Positions 40,901-54,030 of a DNA stretch of 64,000 bases are shown here, piece after piece. The notes beneath the pieces were generated by a model. That model was not told the DNA's origin. It was given only the letters and a program-made list of their open reading frames with translations, and did no database searches. This DNA is from Auanema rhodensis (Eukaryota > Animalia > Nematoda): the NCBI GenBank assembly GCA_964057225.1, contig OZ059894.1, forward strand, positions 14,880,001 to 14,944,000, written 5' to 3'. A program made the position numbers and the translations under genes. Each line of letters starts with the position of its first letter. Positions within the stretch are counted from its first letter, which is position 1.

Positions 40901-43260
40901 AAATAATTGATATGAAATTGAAAATATAAGGAATATTATCAAAAAATAATAAAATGAAGTTTGAAGTAGGCACTATTCTAATTTTTCAATACACGTGAAG
41001 GGTTACGTGAAAATGATATTGTTAGTTATGCTGACTGAGTGAATGGTTGTGCTTTTTATGAATCATCAAAGGTGAGTATGACTCTCAAAAGACAAAAATA
41101 AAATAAAAACAATAATTAGAAGTAAAGAAAGGTAATATAATTGGGTATATATATAAGGTTAGGAAGAGTAAATGAGTAGTTTATATGAATTTCGTGTGTC
41201 AACTGCTTGGTGACATTCTATACCCTAAGGGCATGACGGTTACCTAAAATAAAAGCGCATTTCCGTCTAGCCGTAGTACAGCCACTGGTCCTCTGGCGAC
41301 ACTGAACGAATGTATCGGACGTTACATAGAGAACATTCGAACAGAAGACATAACAGAGAGAAATAGAGAGAGGTTCATATTTGTTCAAGAGCGTATCGAA
41401 TAGTGGCTGATGACGGTGTTTGGAGCAGTTGATGTGAAACGTGGTAAAGCTGGGGTTTTCCTTGATTTCTCTCAAAACAGCTTCTATCTTCACTATTTTA
41501 AAGTATCGTTAGCTGTAAGAAATAACAAAGTACAGTTTTATGAGACTTCTAAGCTTTTTTGGAAAGGATTACTGACAAATACTTTAGGAAAAAATGAAAT
41601 TAGGGTAGTAATCTGTAGCTGATTCGGTTCATCGGGTACGAAAACTGCTTCGTTCGTTTGCTTAGTCCGACTTAATGAAGATGATGATGAAATAAAGAAG
41701 AGACTACAGAAGAATTTCTCAAACGGATCTGTACTAATCACAAGGATCACCTTTCAAATATTATATTTTCTTATAAAATATAATATATGAATCTAAGATG
41801 TCTTAATAGTTTATTTGGCAAAAAAAGTATAATTCAAAACTGGAATCTGAAGTGAGCATGTTACGGATTATACGCCAGAACTGGAGAAAATTCGTAAATG
41901 ATATAAGACAGCAATGAACTAATGTATATGTACATAATAAAAAGCGGATTGATGGATTGATCAAGTTGAAATATTGGATTATAAGACTAAGAATACAACC
42001 AGCTTGATTCTGATGGTGTTTATGCACTTAGCCATTTCAACTGTCTCGTTCTTCTTGAGCTACAAGGCCGGTGTGAATTTCGGCTTCGTATCGTCAAATA
42101 TTTGTAATTGCACCTTTGTGAATTAAATCTGATAAGAAAGGTTTGAATAAATGAAAAATTATTAAAGTTTGCCAGGCTGACAAACATTTCTTCAGTATGA
42201 ATGGGAAAAAAGAAGAAAAAATGAAAATGAAAAATGACAATGGTATGAGTGAATAATATTTGATTAAAGCAACAACTTAATAAGAATTTAAATTGAAAAT
42301 TTTTTAGAGATTATTATCATTTTTCAAAAATCATAAACATCAACTGAAATTCATTTTTTTTTCAGTCAAAATGAGAATGCTATTGATTGCACAAAGTGAA
42401 GACAGGTACTTCGTGTGATGATTGACTTAGACCGGCACAAAACCAGTTCCTGTACGACCGGAAGCTTGAATCGCCTATGGGACTGTCTTGTGTAGCTTCA
42501 AGAATGTTAGAACCCCTATCGCTTTCTGATTAACGTTATCCACATCAATGGTGTTACAATTATATCTTTCAATATTTGAACACGTAATCTATATAATGTT
42601 TATGAATTATAATTAATTTTGATTGTAAAATTATTGAGAGAGTATATAGAAGTAATATATTTGCATGAGAAGTACAATGATTAACTTTATTATTGGTTTA
42701 CCAGTTACATACATGATCAGCTTAATTAATTAGAATCTAAATTTAATAAATATTTTAAATGATAATTAAGTTTAAAAAATTAAAAATAATTTGTTGGGAC
42801 TATTGTACAATAAACAGTTGTATTGACAAACTCATCATGAATCAAACTCGAATAAATTATGAAGATTAAACGATTTCAATAGAATTTATGCAACAAATTA
42901 AAAATTGTTTCTTTAATATTATATGTAATTCTGAAGTTTTATTTTGAAAGTTTATTATTATACTGTGATTTGATTATGTTTTTCAAATAATAAATGATGA
43001 TAATTTTATATTGTCTTGGAAAAAAATGTTTATTTTTTAACTGAAACATGCAATTAAACATGTTATTTAAGAAAATATAAAATATATTGTCATGTTGATG
43101 AAAGTATAAAGCTAAGTATTAAATGAAATATATGTTATAAGTATATAGATAATATGTATATCTTTGTATGTAAGTCATGGAATGATATATAAGGAATGCT
43201 TAAACTTAAGTATTCAACGGCCAAAAAAAGGAAAACAATACAAGAAAAAACAATTAGTAA

Positions 43261-43793
43261 TTATACATTAATAAGTCTTTTTTGATATTTATATGCTGCT
43301 GCTTTTTCACCTCCTTTTGCTATCATGTAACATGCCTATAATATAAGTTTTTAAAAACACATATACTATTATAAATCAATTGATACCCCTATTAGAAGAA
43401 ATATTAATGCAGCTACTGCTGCTATTATCAACTCTGTTAATGGCCAATTGTGTGTTTTGTCTGATATAACATCCTGAAAATAAGGAAAAACATGATTCAT
43501 TCTGTAAGATAAGTAAGTAATTACTCACAATCATATGATTAAAGTTTCCTACTGTATCATTTTGAAAATTATGTTTCATTGATTCAAACGTTTGTTTTCC
43601 TTTATCTGCTACTTTACCAGCAGCTACATCAATCTTAAATTATAAATATAAATATTATAAAGAATATAATATAACTTACATTACTAGATAATTCATTAAA
43701 TTGACCAGATAATCGTTCAATTTGAAAAACTACTTTATCAATTGTTGTATTGACAGTAACAGGTATAAATGGTCCAACTGTATAAGATGTCAT
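43261..43793 (-). CDS. Uncharacterised single-pass membrane protein, probable divergent family member C (~126 aa)
   Basis: TTTCAG just upstream of ATG; exons 43793-43680, 43633-43529, 43473-43387, 43335-43261, all phase 0: VTVNTTIDKVVFQIERLSGQFNELSSNID helix, TM LIIAAVAALIFLLIGACYMI, ends LINV*. Confidence 0.82.
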
Positions 43794-44788
43794 ATTTTTC
43801 TGAAAAAAAAAAAGAAAAGAAAATGTTTTTAAATATATATTCTTAGAAAAAAATTGATAATAATAACGTTTATAATAAAATAAAACAATTGAATCATATG
43901 GAAAAGTATAATATATACATAAAATCAGAAAAATCATAACAATGAAAAGCATAGTTAGTGATTGAAATGTAGATATTGTATATCAAATTAGAGTAAAATT
44001 GAATAGTTAAGCATATGAACCATCGAAAGCTTGTATATATGCATTTGGATCAATAATAACGAGAGACTGGGTCCCCCGTGGGCGATAGATGACTGTTTCT
44101 GCAAACACTACACCTATGTTGTATGTTCTCTTTAGACTCTCTCTCATCAAATACTATTTCTTAGGTATATATTGCATTTCCTTTCAGAAACCATTTTATT
44201 ATAATCTGAGATAAGAATTCAATAAAAAAAAGAAAAATCTTTAAGTATGTACAAGTAAAAACTTCAGTATAATCAAGAGAGGTCAAAGTTTATAGAAGTT
44301 CTTATGTAAGATGTATGTATGTTGTATCAGATATTAAGCTAACAAGATTAACAGAAGCTATACAGTATATGCTGAAACTAATCCAGCTTTTCTACTTTTA
44401 ATTAAGTACACTTAGCCAAATAATCAAGTTATAATCGTAGTTATATCCAAACAAATCGTCTTTAACAGAGTTAAAAAGAAATTTTTTTGAGATTGGCATT
44501 TCATATCTGCAAATTTTCCTGATTGAATTGACTGAATAAAAAATGTCAATTCAATAAATTTTTTGTTAAACATGAAATATAGATTTGAAGAAAATAAAAC
44601 AAAAAAGTTGTAAAATGGTACAAGTTCCAATTTAAAAGTTCATATCAAACATTGTAAAATACTGAAAAGAAGATATCTTTGCTCCAAAAATATTGTTCTG
44701 TTATATTTAATATAAATATCTTATTAATTATTTATTAGAAGAAAAAACAAGTATTTAATATTATTAAGTGAAAATAAAAGAATAGTTA

Positions 44789-45204
44789 TTAATATCCGTA
44801 TCCACCATATCCACCACCGTAACCACCATATCCACCACCGTAACCACCATATCCACCACCGTATCCACCGTATCCTCCGTATCCTCCGTATCCACCATAG
44901 TATGTTCCGTTGTAAGCAGTTCCGTTATAGCCGTATCCTCCGTATCCTCCGTATCCTCCATATCCTCCGTATCCTCCGTATCCTCCGTATCCTCCGTATC
45001 CACCATATCCTCCGTAGTATTCTATTATTTCAAATAATTTTTGCAATAATTGTCAGAAATTCTCTTACGTCTTTTCTCACGAGTGGCCAATTGCTCGGGG
45101 TATATTCCATTGACAGCAACTTTTTCTACATTTCTGGAGTCAGCGACATGGAAGAAAGCCAAAGCTAGGCATGCAATAGCGATGAGACTAATTAAGGTTT
45201 TCAT
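44789..45204 (-). CDS. Secreted Gly/Tyr-rich (GGY-repeat) prepropeptide, nlp-29/caenacin-like composition (~122 aa)
   Basis: Exons 45204-45069 and 45021-44789: signal peptide MKTLISLIAIACLALAFFHVADS, pro-region ending REKR, then QYY(GGY)n...GY*. Confidence 0.9.
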
Positions 45205-48076
45205 GACGAATCTGAAAAGTTAGCCAAATTATTAATATGATTTAAGATGCGAAAAAATCAGTAAAAGGAATGCTTTGAAGGTTTGATTGAGCTCAAACTC
45301 AAACTTGAATGGTTATTGCACCGTGGCATCTGCTTTTGTACCTTTTTTAGACGTATTTGCACACTTTTTTAAATTTAATTTTATTCATCCACGTACATAT
45401 TGAATATAATTTATTCATTTTTGTATATTGGCAAAACGGCTGAAACAACATGACATCTGAAATTAAACCTTTAACTGATTTAATTAACAATTCAGCGATA
45501 ACTTTTTTTGTTTAAAAAATTCGAAAATTGTTTTTTTATTATGTGGTAAATGGAAAATTGATAAAGGCTTAAGCTATTCAAATAATTTAAAATATACAAT
45601 AAGTTCACGTGAAAGTTCACGTATTTACGTCATTAAGCGTAAAAGAAAAATATCTTTTATTTTTGAACTTTTTTTGAGAGATGGAACGGTTACATTCATG
45701 TTTGATTATTATCTATCTTCCACTTTTTAACTTGTGTTTCCACACTTCTACGGTTATCTTTCATTAACTTTCTCAATTAATTCATTTTATTCTTCATTTT
45801 CCTTTTATAAGCTTCTATTTTCTTTTCCATAAAACTACTCATCAAAGGGTTAGAGAGACATTACAACTTTTTGTCTTTTTCTTCTTTCAGTTACAAGTTA
45901 CGTTATAGACATTGAATTATAATGATAACTATCAATTGATAGTTCGAACGTCAATTGAAATTTAATTATCTAAGAGTTATAAGAACTAGGCAATTCAACC
46001 GGTTGTCTATCATCTATACATGATGCGCGTACTTGAGAATTACATAGTTTTCCAGATACGTTTTTTCAACCAATCTCAAACAATGTTTCTCACTTTTTTA
46101 TGAACAATTTCATTAAAATGTATTATATTATACGTATAATTATTACAATTTTTTGTTTGTTTGTTTATTTTTGTATATTTTGCTATTGAAAAAAAAGTCT
46201 AACATCACATAAATGTTACAGATGACATACATATGAATGCACTGAAAAGACAACATCATGACCTCGACTGATTTGTTTCTCCTTTTTTTGTCTTTTAGCG
46301 CATTTTTCCGAGAAGAAAAGTTCATCTCGAAAGCTTAATTCGATAAGTATATAAAACAACGATCAATACAATGACATCTCATTTATTTCCTGTGAATTTT
46401 ATAAATATATATGTATATGATATACATTTATCTATCTATCTATCTATCTATATCAATACATGTAAAATGTGTGATCAGTCAATATTCATATGTATGTATA
46501 TGTGCTTCAGAAGCACTAAAATGCTCTTAACTATTTATAATTATAATGAAATAAATTGCATATTATATGTAAAGATGAATATAATGATCTGTATCATTTC
46601 TGATTCTACTGATTAATTATCTGTTCCTTACCATTCTCATAATTCTCTTACTGATACATAGACTTCCATACCTTTTATGTTTAATTAACTATAATAGGGA
46701 GGAGATTGTTGACAGATGCGAAGATAGCACACATACATACACTCCAACCTGTGCTTATCTTTTCAATAGCCTTCTGTTGTTCTTAAACTTTTTTTCGATC
46801 GTTCTTTCAAGTTTATTGTTTATCCCCCCCCCAAACTCCAACACCACAAATGCTTCAACAATCTTTACAAGACTTTGGAGCAAAAAAAAATCGTTTGATT
46901 CATATAGTTTATGCGAAATGATAACTTCCGTTTTTTAACCATGCTACTTACATCATGTGTTCCTGTTTGGTTCCTTAAGCTACCTTGCGTTGAAAAATCA
47001 TTGTTTTTTCCTCTGCATCCGCCTCATCCATCCAAGCTTATGTTCCCAGAACAATGGATTGATAGAACTTCATTTGCAACATCGTTCTCTTTAAAATAAT
47101 GCTTTATTATTAATTGCTATATAATATAATCTTAACAACTATGTTGCGACCTGATAGTGGGACGTTTTAAGCTTCCTGCGATAATGTACCTGTAAAAGCT
47201 TTTCACTTATTTGAGTCACTTTATAAATTCACTATAATATGCACGTAATAATTTTCATTTCATAATATTATAAAATGAAAAAAAATATTTTTATTCTCGT
47301 TTTGATATGGTTTTGAGTGATTTTTCCTTACATTTGCATCATTCCCTCGTTTTCTTTACCTATCATCATCTGATTATTGTTTTGTAAGTGTCATCTCTCA
47401 AACCGTTTTCGCGACATAAGTCATCTGAATCGATACATATATTACTAATCGACTAGCCTTTTGACGTTATTCAAGCGATTGCCCAGATTGTCCCATCTAA
47501 CAGCTTCCGATCTGATGTATTACTAAATTTTCAAAATATTGATTCATTATAACTATATTGCTTAGACAGCTCTAATGATAAGAAACTATTTCCGTTCATT
47601 CATAGGTCTATAATCAATTTATTAATTTAAAGTTTTCTCTTTTAACCAAATATTTATGTGAAATAATTTGTAAAAGGGTGTCGATTGCTTAGCTTAACCT
47701 CATCTCATTACATCTCATCAATTATGACAAAAGTGTTCGCGTTTCCATGGTCATGCTCTCGGTTTCAAATGAATACGCAATATTTCTTCGTTTTCATCTT
47801 AGAACTATAGCCATCCAAGCATTTTCGGGTTTTATTTTCAAAATAATTGAATTATCTAAGCTTACATCTTATTAGAAGAAAGTGTGTCTTGTATTGTTTA
47901 ATTCATACAGACAGTAACCATCTCATGATCTAATGTATTTACCAATCATTCAAGCGTTAATTTATTAATTTGGATCCAGTTTATTAAAGAAAAAAAAAGA
48001 TTTTAATTCTCATTACTATTAAGTTCAGATAAACTGTTCATCGACAACAAATAAATTGGCAATTGGTAATATAGAA

Positions 48077-48843
48077 ATGTCATTGGATCAGGTACGACTT
48101 TTTCTTTCAATACTATTCATATCAATGTAACATCTATCATAAACTTTATGTTTCTTTTCACATGAATTATTGAATAATTATATATTTTATACTATATAAT
48201 TATAATAAAAATGAGATATTTGAATGTTTAATAATGATATCTTCAAATTTGTTATTGTAACAATAATAATTATATAGTTAACTTCAATAATAAAAATTAT
48301 TATTTTAATTTTAACATATAGTTATAATTTTTAAAATTATATAATATATATATGTAGATTGTCTTTTCCAGACTTTAGATAATCTTAACAGCACCTTAGC
48401 AAGAATTGCTGGTCTTTTACAAACTGTTGAAATTGCAATTATCATCGTAGCTGTAGCCTTGGCTATTCTCATGATTGGTAATTTCATTTTAATTTCTCTA
48501 AATATATACTTTTCATTATTAATCAAATTAAGAATAACATAACATAATTGTAATTTGAATCAAAGACAACCGTTCATAAACATTTTATTTATAAAAATGA
48601 AAAAGTATTTCATGTGCACGTGTGATTAACATTTTACGTCAAATATAAGCTGTGGAATTTAGAATTAGAATTTTTAGATTTCATGAACTTTTAATGAAAA
48701 AATTATTATTTTTTAATATTATAGGATCAGTAGCAACATGTTACTACGATAAATACAAGAAGTACCAACAGTTACCAGCAGAAACAGCTGACCCATCTTC
48801 ACCATCATACAGCAGAGGAAAATATCATCCAGAGGATATTTGA
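48077..48843 (+). CDS. Uncharacterised single-pass membrane microprotein, MS[VL]D family member D (79 aa)
   Basis: Exons 48077-48091, 48372-48477, 48725-48843 give MSLDQTLDNLNSTLARIAGLLQTVEIAIIIVAVALAILMIGSVATCYYDKYKKYQQLPAETADPSSPSYSRGKYHPEDI*. N-terminus aligns with member B. Confidence 0.82.
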
Positions 48844-49059
48844 AACTTTTAGTATTTTGTTTATATTTTAAATTTTTTTTTCTTTTCACTTTATCTCAAT
48901 TCCATGGTTGCCTTGTATTGCCTTAATTATTGCTCAATGCTAACGCTGCGTTCAAAATGCATAGAAGATTTTATTAAATTATCGATATAATTTAAAAAAG
49001 GAAAATATAAAAATAAATTTTTATAATAGAATATAGTTAAATACTTAAATACTTATAAC

Positions 49060-50163
49060 TTAAACTATATAGCAACATTGATTATTTTCACAATTATGTA
49101 AAGACGGACAATCATCGTCATCGTTACATGGTCCAACAGCTCGAAGACCCGAGACACATTGCTTAAATTAAAATATTTTGATAAAGAAAATTTTAAAAAA
49201 AATTTTAAATTGTTCTAAGACTGCAAAAGCAACCTTTTGATCGTTATTGCCATCAAGTTCATAATCCTCTTCTTCCGCAGAAGAGTGAATACTACTTTCT
49301 GTTGTACTCATAGGTGTTGTAGATGTTGCTGCTTCTATTACACGATTGAATTCTTCGATTTCAATTGGATCAACCTTAATTATAATAAATTTTAACATTT
49401 AATTTTGCATAGAAATGTATAGTTTAAGCTCACTGAATCAATTACAAGTTTTTTATTTTTGTCTATTGTTGTTGGTTTCTTAGTTATTCTTCTTTTTCCT
49501 GTACCTATCGTAACCTTAAACAAAAAAGAAATTAAAATGAAAATCAAATAAATCTGTTCACAGACTTCTCCTTCAATCAATGGCGCTTGTGTAGTACTAC
49601 TTACTAATCCAACGAATGGTGTAGTACAACAAGCTCCATGAATGCATGTTCCTCCTGTAAAACATTAAAAAATAATAAATAAATTTTAAAAAAGATAATA
49701 CCTAAAGCAATACAAATAGAATCTTTATCAAGACGACACTGACCAATATGTGCACCACCGTTCAAGCATCGTAATGGGCTGCCAAACCCTGTTCCTTGAG
49801 AAGGCTGTAACCAAACTTTATAATATAAAAACAACCTCAAATATTTAAATGTTAAAAATACATTTTGGTTTGAAATTTAAATATTTAAAAAATTAAAAAA
49901 GAAAAGATATACATGAACATTTCCATGATTATTATGACCATCCCATCCATTATTATTATATCCAGCTCTTCCTGTCCACAGACCATATGCTGTTGGATAA
50001 CCAATTCCAACATTATTATTTGCAACTTGTTGACCATGATCTGTATAAAAACATATAAAATAGATTTTATTTAAGAGATGAACTAACTTCCGTAATTTCC
50101 CCAACCCCAACAGCTAACAGAGGCAAAGGTTGCTAGAAATAGTAAGAGAGGACGAGAATACAT
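49060..50163 (-). CDS. Secreted cysteine-rich protein with two nematode CC-type modules
   Basis: Signal peptide MYSRPLLLFLATFASVSC; G/N-rich region; CLNGGAHIGQC...C...GGTCIHGACC; S/T/acidic linker; CVSGLRAVGPC....CPSLHNCENNQCC; TAA 49060-49062; canonical short introns. Confidence 0.85.
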
Positions 50164-50929
50164 GAGGAATATTTCGAAGATAGTCTTTAATGAGAAAATG
50201 AATAAAGAAGAATATTCGGAAAGAAAAAGTTTTTATAAGTGTCATTCTGATTTTGCGAACTTGATCTTGATTTCTGTTTGTTTTCCATACCGGACCGGTC
50301 ATCATGACGCTCTAAATCATACAACGCTAATTATGCTCAGCTCATTTTCAGATTTATTCGCCAATTCAAAACAATCTTTTAATAAATAGTTTAAATAAAA
50401 TAGTTGAAGAAGAGGAAGAATCATCAAACTATAAATATCTTCGAAACATTTCATATCGTTTCCATCATTATATGTTAAATTTTAAAAATTTGTGCAGTGT
50501 ATGAACTAAGAGCTAAGACAGAATAGATAGAATGATTTATATATAACTAATTTTAATTCTTACATACTAGTTAAGTTGTAAAAAATATTTGAAACGTGAG
50601 AAAATGACTAACAATATGGATTTAATGATATTCTATATGATTCAGTCATTGAATTCTATGATAATTATAGTTTTTTCAAATTATATTTTAATAGTAATAA
50701 GTCACTACAGCCGTAATTTTCATCCAAATCAATTTTAAACATTGAAAAGCTAAAACGTTTATAAATAATAAAAACAAAAACCAAAACAAGTACAAAATAA
50801 AATAAAAATGTTTAAGAAAAGTGAATAATATACAAAACTATCTTAAATCACAATAATATGTTTATTAATTGCCATATGAAAGGATATTTCTATATAACAT
50901 TTGAATTATATTACAACAAGCCTACTTAA

Positions 50930-52443
50930 TTATTTTGTTGTTATTGTTGTTTTAGTTTTATGTTTAATACTTTTCCAATTAAAAAAAACTATAAGAAACC
51001 TAGAATTGATTATTTAATTTTAAAAATAAAAAAATACTGTCAACATACCCTTCAACACCAGCTCTATTAGCATTAGTTGATGTTATAAATACAAAAGATA
51101 AAAATGGAAATCTAAAATTAGTTACTGATATAAAGGTATAATCTAATATAATAAGCATCCAGAGTAGCAATTGAGTAAATGAATGAGCAAATGATTTTAT
51201 ATTTTTCATTAAATGACTAGGTAATCCTGATCCATTATTCTTATTATCAAACTGAAATTTATTAAACAAAATCCTTATGTGTTCATATTTTATATTAGAT
51301 CTCATTTTCATCTCATATTTCTTCTTATAAAAGATTGAACAGACAGTTCTAACAGCAGCTTTGTACCTTATACATCAGGTAGAAACTTACTTAATATACG
51401 AGTCCTGTGCGATGAACCTCGGACACCAACTAGACACCCTTACATATCTTTAGACACAAACTACAAAAACTTACAAAAAAAATGTTTTTGTAGTTTGAAG
51501 TGGTGTTATAAGGCCTCTAAAAGGGAAGCGTCCGATGTTCATCGCACAGGACTGTTTATGACACAAGATATATAGAACTTCTTTCTTCTTCTTTTTTTAA
51601 TTTAAACTTACAGTTATTTTAAGTAAAAAAACTGATGTTACGATATTAACACAAAGAGTTATAAGAAATATAGCACAATAGAAAAACATTAACCGTTTGG
51701 ACATTATTCCACAATATTCGCTATCACGATTATCAAAATCATAATCAAGTGAATGAAAATGTAATTGAATATGACATCCTAGAAATATTTTATTATATTT
51801 CTTAATTTCTTATATTTACCGCTTGTTAAATACAAATATCCAACTATAAATGAGCCAATAAATGGTAGAAGAACTATAATCTGAAATGGAGATTTCAAAT
51901 GTTTTCTTTATTCTATTAATCACAAAAGAATTTTGTTTAGTAAAGATACGATCATATGATTTCCAAGAAACTATTACACAGAATCTGTTTATGGCTAAGA
52001 CAAATTCTGATCCCATTAAATAAACATCAAGAGAAAATTTGATTTGAATAATATAAAGCGTTTGAAAGTTCATTCTTCTATAAAAAAGTTGAAAAGATGC
52101 TTGAAATTAAGTTTTAATTTTAAAAACAAACCTTAATACAACTTCAAAATGTGTATATAAATTAATTAATAAACATAAAATATTTAAAAATGATCTCCAA
52201 ACACAAAAATAATTATATCGTGTTTGAAATGATTTGTCAATAAAGTACTGTCGTATAAAAGCTCCATGAAACAAACAAGAAAATAAAGTAAGCTAAATGA
52301 AGATTAAATCTTTGAAATATATAAATATATTTGTTAATAATTCTTACTAATATTACATAAGTTAAAGCTGCATTATAAAAAGCAACTGGATGAATAAAAT
52401 CCTCTTCATCAATAGGTGTAGGTACTTGAGATGATACGCGCAT
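50930..52443 (-). CDS. Nematode serpentine chemoreceptor GPCR, srx-like
   Basis: Spliced product has ~7 hydrophobic segments, TM3 motif LAINRFCVIV..KSYDRIFT and terminal EGFLIVFFN typical of Srx-type receptors. The acceptor of the penultimate exon is ambiguous. Confidence 0.8.
51399..51554. mobile_element. MITE-like element (~155 bp), Tc1/mariner-type ends, inside an srx intron
   Basis: 24-bp terminal inverted repeats AGTCCTGTGCGATGAACCTCGGAC (51401-51424) and GTCCGATGTTCATCGCACAGGACT (51530-51553), one mismatch. Right end reads CAGT on the other strand. A second internal inverted repeat CAAACTACAAAAAC / GTTTTTGTAGTTTG. TA duplication is imperfect. Confidence 0.82.
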
Positions 52444-54030
52444 ATCAAAACAAATCAGAAACCAAATAATATTACATCTCTACATAAACGAATTATAAAA
52501 GAAATACAATCAAAAATCAAATTAATATTTTATAAAATTATATTTCAAAGAATTTTATTTGATTTCATAGAATTTGACACAATAAAATCAGTTCCTATAC
52601 AGAACATTGAATAATGACAGAAAGCAATACAAAGAAAAATTTGAAATTAAAATAAACAAACAGTATATTTTTCTGACAAAGACAAATTTTTTTCAGATAA
52701 TTAGTTACAGTTTTGAATTTCAAAATAGATAGTAATCTGAAAACTTTAAGGTTTCGATGATCAACTTCTTCAAGTTTTGTCATTTCAAGCATTCATGTAT
52801 AGATAATGAAATTGTTTTTTCAAGAATTTATTATGAAAATTCATGAAATATGTTTAAAACAATTGTGTCTTTATTTGATTTTCAATTTAAAAACGATAAT
52901 AAAGTGTTAAAATTAACGAAAATAAATGTTGAAATGTGAATATACTATATAAATGTTTATATTTTTATGAATTATATGAAGAAACTTGAGATATAAAAAA
53001 ATGCGAAAAGCACAAACAGTTTTTTGTTGTTATTTGTAGCCTAAAAATATTTTAAAATCAATTTATATAATTTCCTGATGCAATATTTGAGAAAATAATA
53101 TTACCTTTTGTATATTCTGGGCCATGATATCTAATATACAATATAAATTAAAAAATTAATGAACAGTTCAAAAAACATTTTTATTTCTCAATGTTTTTAT
53201 CAAAAATTTATTAAATAAAGATATAGATAGACTATGTATCTAGTATTACCCCCAATATTTGAAGTTCATTATCATCATCGTCATTGTAATCATTTTCTTG
53301 TTTAATAAAATATTATTTGATGATTTTACTTATCAAATTGTTAAAACTATTTCCATTATTAGCTGAACAACGCTTAGAATCGGTTGGTTTCCACTGCTTC
53401 CTATCTTGTAGGAATCAGTTGACTCATCAAAATGAATAATTTTGTACGTACTTTAACTTGTTTATAGTATTGCAACTTTATAAATATACAATGAAACTAT
53501 TTATTTCATACTTAGTAAAAATCTATTTTATCTTCTTTGACGAACAGTTGCTTCTTATTTGGTCTACTAAATAATCAGGGAAGTATTATGCGATTGCAAT
53601 ATGTAGTTTGTGTGGTGTAACGTATACATGAAAACAGAAAAAGCTCAATGTAAAAAGGTCTATGTATCAAGTTTTAAACCCGTGACTGCAGGAAAAAGTA
53701 TAAAGTTAAAAATCCATTACAGTACAAGTATTATGAAAGAAGAACCTGTTACTGAAATATATAAATGAAAGTCAAAGTATTTGGAACTTTATTTTGACCC
53801 AACTTCCTTGCAACAACAATAGGTAGCAATTTAGTATTCAAATAATCTAACCAGTTTTTCTTGAAAATTTGTATTAAAATAGATATTTAAGCTTCTTTTA
53901 GTTTTTTTTATAACTTCTTACATAAATTGATAAATATAACTTGGTGTATGAACTCTTATGATTTTACTGTTTTTACTCTTCTTTTGTTCTTTTTTTAAGT
54001 TCTCATACATTTCTTTTCAGATTTATTAAA

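Noticed and set aside
41407-41445. Hammerhead ribozyme core (CTGATGA...GAAA)
   Set aside because: The required stems do not form; other CTGATGA hits I checked fail likewise.
41218-41750. GC-richer stretch with 70-91 aa ORFs
   Set aside because: No consistent exon chain or motif; could be regulatory, but nothing specific is supportable.
42415-42529. Box C/D snoRNA candidate (GTGATGA...CTGA)
   Set aside because: No terminal stem and no rRNA-complementary guide that I can recognise.
44764-45168. Overlapping DTEDTE and RILRIL ORFs, and a CRISPR-like look of the repeats
   Set aside because: Alternative frames of the GGY coding repeat; there are no unique spacers and the DNA is eukaryotic.
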